This document shows positions 48,759 to 57,769 of a DNA stretch of 64,000 nucleotides, piece after piece. The position numbers and the translations under genes are program-made. The stretch is from an uncultured Acidobacteriota bacterium (GTDB lineage: Bacteria; Acidobacteriota; Vicinamibacteria; Vicinamibacterales; CAVVIG01). The stretch is taken from the NCBI GenBank assembly GCA_963780685.1, contig CAWACZ010000006.1, positions 38,683 to 102,682 of the forward strand, given 5' to 3'. The notes under the pieces were generated by a model. The model was not told the DNA's origin. It did not search any database and saw only the letters and a list, made by a program, of their open reading frames with translations. Position 1 is the first letter of the stretch. Every line of letters starts with the position of its first letter.

Positions 48759-49595
48759 ATGCGGTGTCTGCTCGTTTGGCTGTTCGCGCTCGTGATGAGT
48801 ACATCAGCCGGAGCGCAGTGGCTGCACCATCCTGATCCGACGATTCCGCGCCTCAAGGACGGGAAGGCAGACCTGTCGGCTCCTGTGCCACGGACGTCTG
48901 ACGACCGGCCCGATCTTTCCGGTGTTTGGCAGGTCGAGCCGTCGCCTCCCGAGGAGATCCAGCGCGTCTTCGGCGAGAACTCGGCCGGCACGGCGGTGCT
49001 GGATGCCGGTGTTCCTCGCGTCAAGTACCGGCTGAATATCCTGGCGGATTTCAAGCGCGACGAGGAGCCGATGCGACCCGAGGCCGCCGCGTTGTTCCGA
49101 CAGCGACTCGAAACTCTCGGGAAAGACATGCCCACATCGCATTGCCTGCCGGGAGGCGTGCCGTTTTCCACCCAGATCGCGCCGTTCAAATTCGTTCAGA
49201 CGCCGCGCCTGATCGTCATGCTGCTCGAAGACAACAACCCTCCGCGACAGATTTATCTCGACGGACGCCCGCTGCCCACAGATCCCCATCCGACGTGGAT
49301 GGGCTACTCGTCGGGAAAGTGGCAAGGCGACACGTTGGTCGTCGATTCGGCGGGGTTCAACGACAGGACGTGGCTTGATGGCTTCGGCCACCCGCACAGC
49401 GAAGCACTGCATCTGGTCGAGCGGTTCCGACGGCGCGACTTCGGTCACATGGACATCGAGGTCACCGTCGATGATCCGAAGATGTACACCCGGAGCTTCA
49501 CGGTCAAGTTCTCAGCACGGTTGTTGCCTGATACCGACATTTTGGAGTCGGTGTGCGCTGAGAACGAAAAGGATCGAGTGCACCTGGACCGGTAG
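48759..49595 (+). CDS. secreted conserved hypothetical protein, paralog C
   Basis: Signal peptide MRCLLVWLFALVMSTSAGAQ. Shared blocks: CLPGGVP, IYLDGRPLP, GKWQGDTLVVDSAGFND, ESVCAENEKD. Confidence 0.7.
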   Translation: MRCLLVWLFALVMSTSAGAQWLHHPDPTIPRLKDGKADLSAPVPRTSDDRPDLSGVWQVEPSPPEEIQRVFGENSAGTAVLDAGVPRVKYRLNILADFKRDEEPMRPEAAALFRQRLETLGKDMPTSHCLPGGVPFSTQIAPFKFVQTPRLIVMLLEDNNPPRQIYLDGRPLPTDPHPTWMGYSSGKWQGDTLVVDSAGFNDRTWLDGFGHPHSEALHLVERFRRRDFGHMDIEVTVDDPKMYTRSFTVKFSARLLPDTDILESVCAENEKDRVHLDR

Positions 49596-49663
49596 CCCCC
49601 ACCGGCTATAATCGGCCGCACTCTCACTCCACGCGCCGCTTGAGCTCCTCGCTCACGAACGCC

Positions 49664-52325
49664 ATGACTACGGAAATCCGAATGGAACAGATTGGGCCGT
49701 ACCAGATTGAGGCCAAGCTGGGAGAAGGCGGCATGGGCGTGGTGTTTCGCGCGCTCGACACCAAGCTGCAGCCGGCCGGTCGCGATCAAGTTTCTCTCCG
49801 AGCACCTCGCCGACGCGGCCGGCCGGCGCCGGTTCCAGCGAGAAGCGCAAATGGCGTCCTCGCTGAATCATCCCCACATTCTTACGGTTCACGACATCGG
49901 CGAACTCGACGGCCGCCAGTACCTGGTCACCGAATATATCGACGGAGGCACGCTGAAGGACTGGGCGAGTGGCGGGAAGCGCACGTGGCGGGAGATCGTC
50001 GAGCTTCTGGTGGGCGTGGCCGATGGCCTGGCCACAGCCCATGCCGCCGGCATTCTGCATCGCGACATCAAGCCTGAAAACATCCTGATTACCACCACCG
50101 GATATGCCAAGCTCGCCGACTTCGGCCTGGCGAAAGTCGCAGACGTTGCCTCACCCGATGCGGCCACCCGTCCGGAAGGAGCAACCAGGCCGGGCGTCGT
50201 GGTCGGCACCATTGCCTACATGTCTCCGGAGCAAGCATCGGGAGGGCCGCTGGATGCCCGCAGCGACATCTTCTCGTTCGGCGTGGTGCTCTACGAAATG
50301 CTCGCGCGGCGCAAACCGTTTGCCGCTGCCACGGAGTTGGAGCTTCTGCACACGATCATCCACGGGAAGCCGCGACCGCTGGGCAACGATGTCTTCCCGG
50401 GGCTCCGAGCCGTTGTGGAAAAAGCACTGGAGAACGATCCACGCGACCGCTATCAGTCGATGCGGGAGATGCGTGGTGGATCTGCGTCGTCTCATCCGGC
50501 AGAGCGAGGAGATCCATTTACCTGCGGCGCCGGTTCAGGCACGCGCCTGGAAGCGGATCGCCGTTGTAGCCGGCCTCACCGCGATCCTGGTGGCGACCCT
50601 TGGGATCTGGCTATGGATGCGTCCATCCGAGCAGCCCGCATCGCCCTCGGAGTGGGTGCAGCTGACGAACTTCCCCGATTCCGTGACCCAACCCGCGCTC
50701 TCTTCAGACGGGCGCATGCTGACGTTCATCCGCGGGCCGAGCTCGTTCATCACGACAGGGCAGGTCTACGTGAAGCTGCTGCCGGACGGCGAGCCAAAGC
50801 CGTTGACTGACGACGACCTGACCAAGATGAGCCCCGTGTTTTCCCGGACGGATCTCGCATCGCCTACACCACCAGCAGCCCATGGGACACGTGGGTCGTC
50901 CCGGTGTTGGGCGGAGCGCCGCGACGATGGCTGCCGAACGCATCGGGGCTGGTGTGGAGCGGCCGGCGCAGCATCGTGTTTTCGGAGGTCGTCGACCGTC
51001 TCGAAGGCAACCACATGAAGGTGGTCGCAGCCGAAGAAAGCCGGGCAGGGCAACGCGACGTGTATGTGCCATCGCCGAAAGGTGCGATGGCGCACCGGTC
51101 GTTTCCATCACCGGACGGCAAGTGGTTGATTTTGGCCGAAATGACCGACAGGGGCGTGTGGCTTCCATGCCGCCTGGTGCCTGAAGACGGCAGCTCGATT
51201 GGACAGCCGATCGGCCCGCCCGACGCGGCGTGCTGGTTTGCCGCGTGGACACCAGACGGCAAGTGGATGTACGTCAGCTCGAACACCGGCGCCGGAACAT
51301 TTCACATCTGGCGCCAGCGTTTCTCGGCGAGCGGCTCCTCCTCGGCTCCCGAGCAGGTGACGTCAGGCCCGACGAGCGAAGAGGGCATCGCGATGGCGTC
51401 GGACGGCCGTTCGTTCATCACGGCCGTTGGCTTGGACCAGAGCGCCGTCTGGGTTCACGACTCGCGAGGGGAGCGGCAAATCTTCGTCGAAGGCCGCGCG
51501 TCTACGCCCAAGTTCAGCCCTGATGGCAAGACGCTGTTCTTCGTGGCTCAGAAGGGAACCTTCAACGAGCTTTGGTTCGCGGACGTCGCCTCAGGTCGTG
51601 CCGAGGCCCTGCTGCCGAATTTCGCCCTCGGATCCGGCGGGGTCGCAGGGGTCTACGATGTTTCTCCCGACGGCCGCCAGATCGTCGTGCAGGCCCGCGA
51701 TGTCGAAGGCAAAGACCGTGTCTGGCTTGCTCCCGTCAACCGGCGCTCGCCGCCTCGACCGATACCGAACGTGGAGGGTGATGGTCCGGTCTTTGGACCA
51801 GACGGAGAGATCTTCTTCAGGGCCAGGGAAGGGGACTATGGATTCGCGTATCGCGTGCGCGAGGACGGAAGCGGTTTGCGAAAAGCGATTGATTACCCCG
51901 TTATCGAGACAGGGAGCGTTTCCCGGGATGGCAAATGGCTCGTCAGCTATGCACGCTACGCGCGAGCCGGTGAAGAGCCCATGGGCGCCACGGTAGCGTT
52001 CCCGCTGGACGGCGGGCCCGCCAAGCGAATCTCCCCTCCCGGCAGCCCGCTGAGTTGGTCGCCAGACGGGAGGTTCCTGTTCCTGTCGGACTCGACCTCG
52101 TCGTATGGCGGGAGTGTGAGACGCACGTATGTGATTCCGCTGCCGTCGGGCCGTATCTGGCCGGAGATGCCGGCTGACGGCTTTCAGACGGCGTCGGACG
52201 TCGCGAAACTATCCGGTGTGCGTGTGATCGACGAGGCTTCTGTGGTGCCCGGTCCAACAGCGGACGTGTATACGTTCTCGCGCGAGACGATCCAGCGTAA
52301 CTTGTATCGCATTCCTATACGGTGA
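49664..52325 (+). pseudogene. Ser/Thr protein kinase, TM segment, TolB-like beta-propeller; three frame disruptions
   Basis: The N-terminus ...IGPYQIEAKLGEGGMGVVFRALDTKLQ is followed by three frame changes (at ~49770, ~50470 and ~50845). The segments after each change read RPVAIKFL...HRDIKPENIL...DFGLAK...YQSMREM, then VVDLRRL...TM...DGRMLTF...KMSPVFS, then PDGSRIAYT...PDGKW repeats. Confidence 0.85.
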
Positions 52326-52422
52326 GAGGTGATTAAGCGATCCGAGTCGCAGCACCGTCTCGGTGCCCCGGCGACCGTTTTGGAGGGCCGATGGCGCTGA
52401 CTCCAGGCAGCGGCCGAATACA

Positions 52423-53233
52423 GGCCCAAAAGGTAATGCCGTTCGGAAATTCAATGAGCCGAACGCTTGTGCTGCTGAGCGTTGGCCACATTTGGCGCCG
52501 AGGGCCGACACGGCGGAGGGTCGTCAGCTGGCGCGTCGGGCCGTCACGTCGACCCGGAAAACCCGCGCTCCGTTCGAAACTCTGGCGCTGCGCGGCGGTC
52601 TTACCAACTTGCGGCATCGCTCAGATCAACTAAAGCATTTTCCGGTTGTACGTAGTGTCCGCCTTCAGGCGGACAGCCGCGAAGTCCGGCTAAAGCCGGA
52701 CACTACGTACTACACGGCAATGGAAACCGCTCTAGCCCCGTCCGGGAGGCTTGGGGCCCTCAGGTGACCTCGCGAGAGACCGCCGCGAACTCACTCACTG
52801 CGCGCGGGTTTTCCTGACGCGTGACGGGTCGACTTCACGGCCCTTGCGCCAGCCGACGACCCTCCGCCGTCTCCTGTTCCCCCAGCCGCCCGCGACGGCT
52901 CGGAGCCGTGGCGGGAAGCGTCGCGGGCCGCGCGCCGTTTGGAGTCAGCCCGCCACCGCTGCCGGAAAAACGGCGTGAAGCCGAGGCCTGCGCGGCCGTC
53001 TGCCGCGAGGTCACCCGGACCGAGGCGTTGCCCGAGGCGGGACTCGTTGATCGGAGCGATGTCGCGAATCAGCAGGACGGCCGCGCCAGCGAAAGGGCGG
53101 CGAGCGCAACGCCGTTTTTCGGGCTGACGGAACCGGCGCGACGGCCCGCGATGCTTCCCGCCGCGGGTCGCGGCGCGCCACTGACCGCTGTGCGGTCAGT
53201 CACGAATTTCCGAACGGCATTACCCTTTAGGGC
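52423..53233 (+). mobile_element. foldback element, full copy with nested MITE (~0.8 kb)
   Basis: Perfect 21-bp terminal inverted repeats: ggtaatgccgttcggaaattc (52432-52) and gaatttccgaacggcattacc (53204-24), with imperfect extension to ~30 bp. The interior consists of four ~55-65-nt related units in + - + - orientation. Confidence 0.85.
52631..52730. mobile_element. small MITE-like element, copy 2 (100 bp), inserted inside the foldback element
   Basis: Absent from the otherwise collinear copy at 13.5 kb (empty site ...gatcaactagcccc...). A 14-bp perfect stem gtacgtagtgtccg/cggacactacgtac encloses two further hairpins. Confidence 0.8.
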
Positions 53234-53335
53234 TGCTTGGTCGGCGGGCGCGGGCAGGCCTGAAGGCCTGCGCTACAAAAGGCCGCGGTTACGAGAGGCC
53301 GCGGCGACGTCAGCTTCTGCAGCCAGCGCCGATCG

Positions 53336-54793
53336 TTACGCCACGATCTGCGGGATCAACTCGCCGTACACATCGGTCAATCTCACGTCCCGCCCGTTGA
53401 AGCGATAGGTGAGTCTGGTGTGATCGATCCCCAGCAAATGCAGAATCGTCGCGTGGAGATCGTGATAGCTGATCGGCTGTTGCTCGGCCTTATATCCGAA
53501 GTCGTCGCTGGCGCCGATCGCCTGGCCGCCCTTGATCCCCGCTCCGGTCATCCATACGGTCATCGCTCCAGGATTGTGATCCCGGCCGACACCCCGCTGA
53601 GAAATCGGCATGCGCCCGAACTCGCTGTGCCAGATGACCAGCGTCGAGTCGAGTAGCCCCCGCGCCTTCAGGTCGGTCAGCAGGCCGGCGATCGGGAGGT
53701 CGGATTCGGCGGCGTGCTTGGTATGGTTCGCCTTGACGCCCTCGTGTGCGTCCCAGGTGTCGTAGGACTGATTCCCCATGCCGCCGTGGAACAGCTGCAC
53801 GAACCGTACACCGTTTTCCACGAGCCGCCTGGCCAGCAGGCACTGCCTGCCGAAGGGCTCGGTGACCTCGTTGTCCAAGCCGTAAAGCTTCTTGGTGGCG
53901 TCGGTCTCGGTCTCGAGGTTCACGACCGTCGGGGCGCAGCCTTGCATCCGATATGCGAGCTCGTAGGACGAAATCCGCGCGGCGAGATCCGAGCTGCCGG
54001 GATGCTGCGCCATGTGCAGTTCGTTCAGCCGGGCAAGCGTATCGAGCCGCGCGCGCTGCTGGTCCGCCGTGACCCCCGCGGGCGGCTTCAAGTCGACGAT
54101 CGGATCGCCGCTGGCCCGGAATGGCGTGCCCTGATAGGCAGCGGGTAGGAATCCGGACGTCCAGACCTGCGGGCCGCCGATCGGGCCGCCGCGGTAGTCG
54201 TGCAGCACGACAAAGCCAGGCAGTCCCGAGCTTTCGGATCCCAGCCCGTAAGTCAGCCACGAGCCCATCGCCGGAAAGCCGGATCGAATCTGGCCCGACT
54301 GCATCTCCAGGTGCGCCAGCGTGTGATCGTTGGACCTTCCGTACACCGACCGCAAGAACGCGATCTCGTCGACGTGCTTGGCGACGTTGGGGAACAGCTC
54401 CGACACCTCCATGCCCGACTGTCCGTACTTCTTGAAGGTAAATGGGCTTGGCATCAGCGGTCCGGGGTAGCCCTGGCGCACGACGACCTCGCCCTTGCCG
54501 GTCAAAGGCTGGCCCGCATATTTGTCGAGCGCGGGTTTCGGGTCGAAGGTATCGACCTGGCTCACGCCGCCGCTCATGAAGAGCGAGATCACGGCCCTGG
54601 CGCGCGGCTTGAAATGTGGCGGCTTCACGGCGAACGGGTTGCCCGAGCCGACCGGCGCGCTGCACGCGTCCGAAGCGGCGGCCAGGAGATCGTCTTGGTT
54701 CAGCAAGTGCGCAAGCGCCAGGCCGCTGATTCCACCGCCCGAGTGAAACAGAAAGTCGCGCCGAGACCAGTGGTACTTGACGTGAGTGCACAT
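53336..54793 (-). CDS. DUF1501 family protein (sulfatase/phosphatase-like fold) with Tat signal
   Basis: MCTHVKYHWSRRDFLFHSGGGISGLAL. Blocks FMSGGVSQVDTFDPKP and WHSEFGRMP...GRDHNP are typical of DUF1501. Confidence 0.9.
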   Translation of the reverse strand: MCTHVKYHWSRRDFLFHSGGGISGLALAHLLNQDDLLAAASDACSAPVGSGNPFAVKPPHFKPRARAVISLFMSGGVSQVDTFDPKPALDKYAGQPLTGKGEVVVRQGYPGPLMPSPFTFKKYGQSGMEVSELFPNVAKHVDEIAFLRSVYGRSNDHTLAHLEMQSGQIRSGFPAMGSWLTYGLGSESSGLPGFVVLHDYRGGPIGGPQVWTSGFLPAAYQGTPFRASGDPIVDLKPPAGVTADQQRARLDTLARLNELHMAQHPGSSDLAARISSYELAYRMQGCAPTVVNLETETDATKKLYGLDNEVTEPFGRQCLLARRLVENGVRFVQLFHGGMGNQSYDTWDAHEGVKANHTKHAAESDLPIAGLLTDLKARGLLDSTLVIWHSEFGRMPISQRGVGRDHNPGAMTVWMTGAGIKGGQAIGASDDFGYKAEQQPISYHDLHATILHLLGIDHTRLTYRFNGRDVRLTDVYGELIPQIVA

Positions 54794-54798
54794 TGCAG

Positions 54799-57450
54799 TT
54801 ACTCCGCGTACAGGAACTCGCTCAGGTTCATGAGGACGTTCGTAAAGTCGACGAGCGTGCGTCCTTCGACGAGCTCGCGAGCCACGGTCAACTCCCTGGG
54901 CGAGGGGGGGCGAGACAGCGCCATCCGATAAGCGGTGTCGATCTGTTTGACCGGGTCGTCGCCAGCTGACGTCTTCACGCGGTCGGCGAACAACTGTGCC
55001 TGTCGTGCGACGAACTCGTTGTTCATCAACGTCAGCGCCTGCGTCGGAACCGTGGAGACGTTCCGGGCACCGTAGGACACGTTCAAGTCGGGCAGGTCGA
55101 ACACCTGCATCATCGGGAATGGCAGGTTGCGCTTCGTGTAGGTGTAGATGCTGCGGCGCCAGACCGCCGGGCCGTCTGGCTGATTCCGATAGATGCCGTG
55201 CGTGGCCCCGAAGCTGACGGCCTTGAGCAGTTCTTCCTGGATATGCGGGAAGATCGGCGGCCCGAACATCGTCAGATCGATCGTCCCGGCCACGGACATG
55301 ATGCTGTCGCGGATGATTTCTGCGTCCAGCCGCTGCACGCGGAATCGCCACAAATACGTGTCGTCCGGATCCGTCGCAGCCGCGGTGGCGTCGTTGTACT
55401 TGGAAGCCATTTGATAGGCCTCTGAAGTCATGATCAAGCGATGCATCTGCTTGATGCTCCACCCGCGGTCGATGAATTCCACGGCCAGCCAGTCGAGCAA
55501 TTCCGGATGTGTCGGCAGGTCGCCCATCTTGCCGAAATTGTCGAGGGAGGCGACGATTCCGCGGCCGAAGTGATGGGCCCAGATTCGGTTGACCATGACG
55601 CGCGCCGGCAGCGGGTTCTCTCGGGACGTCAGCCACTGCGCGAGCGCCAGCCTGCGACCGGAGGTGTGGCCGTCAGGCCTCGGCATCTCGGTCGGCGGAT
55701 TACCGTAAGTCGCTGCGGTGACGAATCCCGGCTTCATCAACGCGCCCCTGGCGTTCATGTCGCCGCGAAGCAGCAAGTACGAAGGAGGCACTTCATAGCG
55801 GCCGGGGCCGGTGTGGAGGTAGCTTCCCTTGAGCTGCGCCAGCAGGGCCGCTCGCTCTCTTGCTGCGACAGTGCCCTCGGTCACGCGTTCCGAGGAAAAT
55901 CGATAGTCGCCGTCCGTCACGATGTCGGCTACCGGCAACGGCTCCGGCCGATCTTTGTCGATCTCCCTGATTTGCGCCTCGAGTGCCTTCCGTCGCTCGA
56001 GGTCCTCCGGCGTCATCGCCTCGTCGACCTTGATACTGATGAACGCGCTCTTCAGCACCTGGTCCGCGAGCAGCTTCTCGCCTTCCGTCCGCTCGGCTTC
56101 CGGCTTGGCGACCGCCGCCTGGACGTTCAGAGGGAAGTCGCGCTTGATGGCTTCAGCCCGCAGCCGCTCGCGGTACGGAGCCTCAATCTTCCGCATCTCG
56201 GCGCGGAGCGGCGCCTGCTTCGCGTTGACCTCTGCGACTTTCTTGTCGTACGCGTCGACCTGCTCTTTGGGCACCAGGGGATAGGGGGTCTCGACGTACC
56301 CGAACAACGATGCCTGGAGGGCGTAATAGTCGCGCTGCAGAATCGGATCGAACTTGTGATTGTGACAGCGCGCGCACTGCAGGGTCAGGCCGAGCGTTCC
56401 CTTGCCGATCGTCGCGATCATGTCGTCGAGATAATCAAATCGATACTGCGGGTTGTCCCCTTCGCGCACGTCGACGCGAGGACCGAGGCGAAGGAACGCC
56501 GTGGCGATGTAGCTCTCGGTGGTCCGCTTGTCCAATTCGTCGCCGGCGATCTGTTCCGTGAGGAACACGTTGTAGGGCGTGTCCGCGTTCAGCGAGCGAA
56601 TCACGTAGTCGCGATAGCGCCACATGTTGGGCCGATCGTGGTCGTTCTCGTAGCCGTCGGTGTCCGCGTACCGGGCGAGGTCCAGCCAGTGCCGGGCCCA
56701 TCGTTCTCCGTAGTGTGGCGAGGCCAACAACTTGTCGATGAGCCGCTCCCACGCGCCAGGAGCTTTGTCGTTGAGAAACTCGGCCGCCTGCTCGGGAGTG
56801 GGCGGGAGACCGATCAGATCGAGATAGGCGCGCCGCAACAACGTGAACCGATCGGCTCGCGGCGCGGCCTTCAGGCCCTTCTGCCGCCTCGCCTGCTCCA
56901 GGAACCGATCGATCGGATTCTTCAGGTGCGCGGCAACGAGCGGAACGGGGGCTTTGGTCGGCAGCTTGAACGCCCAATAGTCCCTGGCGCCGGGCGGTAG
57001 TTGTGCGTTCTCGGGAGAAACTGCCGCACTGGCAGCGCTCGTTGGTGCGCTCTTGACTGGCTCGCCGGCGGCGGCGTCCCAGTGAGCGCCTTCGTCGATC
57101 CAGGTCTTGATGACCGCAATCTGCTGCTCGGTGAGCGAGTTCCCGTCCAGAGGCATGCCCGGCTTTTCAAGTCCCGCCACGAGGCGATACAACCTGCTAT
57201 CGATCGCTTTTCCGGGGACGATGGCGGGTCCATGGTCTCCGCCTTTGAGTGCGCTCTCACGTGTACTCAAATCGAGCTGCGACAGGTGAGTGGTTGCGTT
57301 GTGACAGGCCCAGCAGCTTGCTTCGAAGATCGGCTTGATGTCTTTGTTGAACGAGGTGGGTTCCTGAGCTCGCGGCGAGATTGCCGTGAAGGCGGAAACG
57401 CCGATGGCCAACCCGCCAACGATCAACGGTAAGAGCGCTCGCCTTGTCAC
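54799..57450 (-). CDS. PSCyt (CxxCH) plus DUF1549 plus DUF1553 protein
   Basis: Signal peptide, CWACHN haem-like motif, and long DUF1549/DUF1553-type body (CARCHNHKFDP). Its stop lies 5 nt upstream of the DUF1501 start. Confidence 0.9.
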   Translation of the reverse strand: MTRRALLPLIVGGLAIGVSAFTAISPRAQEPTSFNKDIKPIFEASCWACHNATTHLSQLDLSTRESALKGGDHGPAIVPGKAIDSRLYRLVAGLEKPGMPLDGNSLTEQQIAVIKTWIDEGAHWDAAAGEPVKSAPTSAASAAVSPENAQLPPGARDYWAFKLPTKAPVPLVAAHLKNPIDRFLEQARRQKGLKAAPRADRFTLLRRAYLDLIGLPPTPEQAAEFLNDKAPGAWERLIDKLLASPHYGERWARHWLDLARYADTDGYENDHDRPNMWRYRDYVIRSLNADTPYNVFLTEQIAGDELDKRTTESYIATAFLRLGPRVDVREGDNPQYRFDYLDDMIATIGKGTLGLTLQCARCHNHKFDPILQRDYYALQASLFGYVETPYPLVPKEQVDAYDKKVAEVNAKQAPLRAEMRKIEAPYRERLRAEAIKRDFPLNVQAAVAKPEAERTEGEKLLADQVLKSAFISIKVDEAMTPEDLERRKALEAQIREIDKDRPEPLPVADIVTDGDYRFSSERVTEGTVAARERAALLAQLKGSYLHTGPGRYEVPPSYLLLRGDMNARGALMKPGFVTAATYGNPPTEMPRPDGHTSGRRLALAQWLTSRENPLPARVMVNRIWAHHFGRGIVASLDNFGKMGDLPTHPELLDWLAVEFIDRGWSIKQMHRLIMTSEAYQMASKYNDATAAATDPDDTYLWRFRVQRLDAEIIRDSIMSVAGTIDLTMFGPPIFPHIQEELLKAVSFGATHGIYRNQPDGPAVWRRSIYTYTKRNLPFPMMQVFDLPDLNVSYGARNVSTVPTQALTLMNNEFVARQAQLFADRVKTSAGDDPVKQIDTAYRMALSRPPSPRELTVARELVEGRTLVDFTNVLMNLSEFLYAE

Positions 57451-57769
57451 AGCTCGACTCCCTTTCTCCGCGCGTAACGTTGAAACGCCGGGCGCCGGGA
57501 TGTACCTGATCGAAGGTATGTTACTCCGATCACCGGGGTTCGGCTGAGGTTCGTCGCATCGTCTCGCTCATCTCAAGCGCGCAGTCCTTTTGAGAGTGAA
57601 AAATAGCGTAGGGCAGCCCTTTCAAGGCTGCCAACGGAGCGAGCGTCCTGCAGCCTCATCACTCACAGAAGCTTCGCCTTGCACGCTATATGATGACACC
57701 AAACTTCGAGACGCCGTGGCGTGCGTCACTGAGTGATCCCGCTCGTGGTGCCAACAGAACAAGCCATCG

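Noticed and set aside
53336-55636. A 766-aa ORF suggesting a much longer DUF1501 protein
   Set aside because: The upstream 280 codons overlap the DUF1553 gene in another frame and are Arg/Pro-rich. The family-typical Tat N-terminus begins at ATG 54793, 5 nt after the upstream stop.
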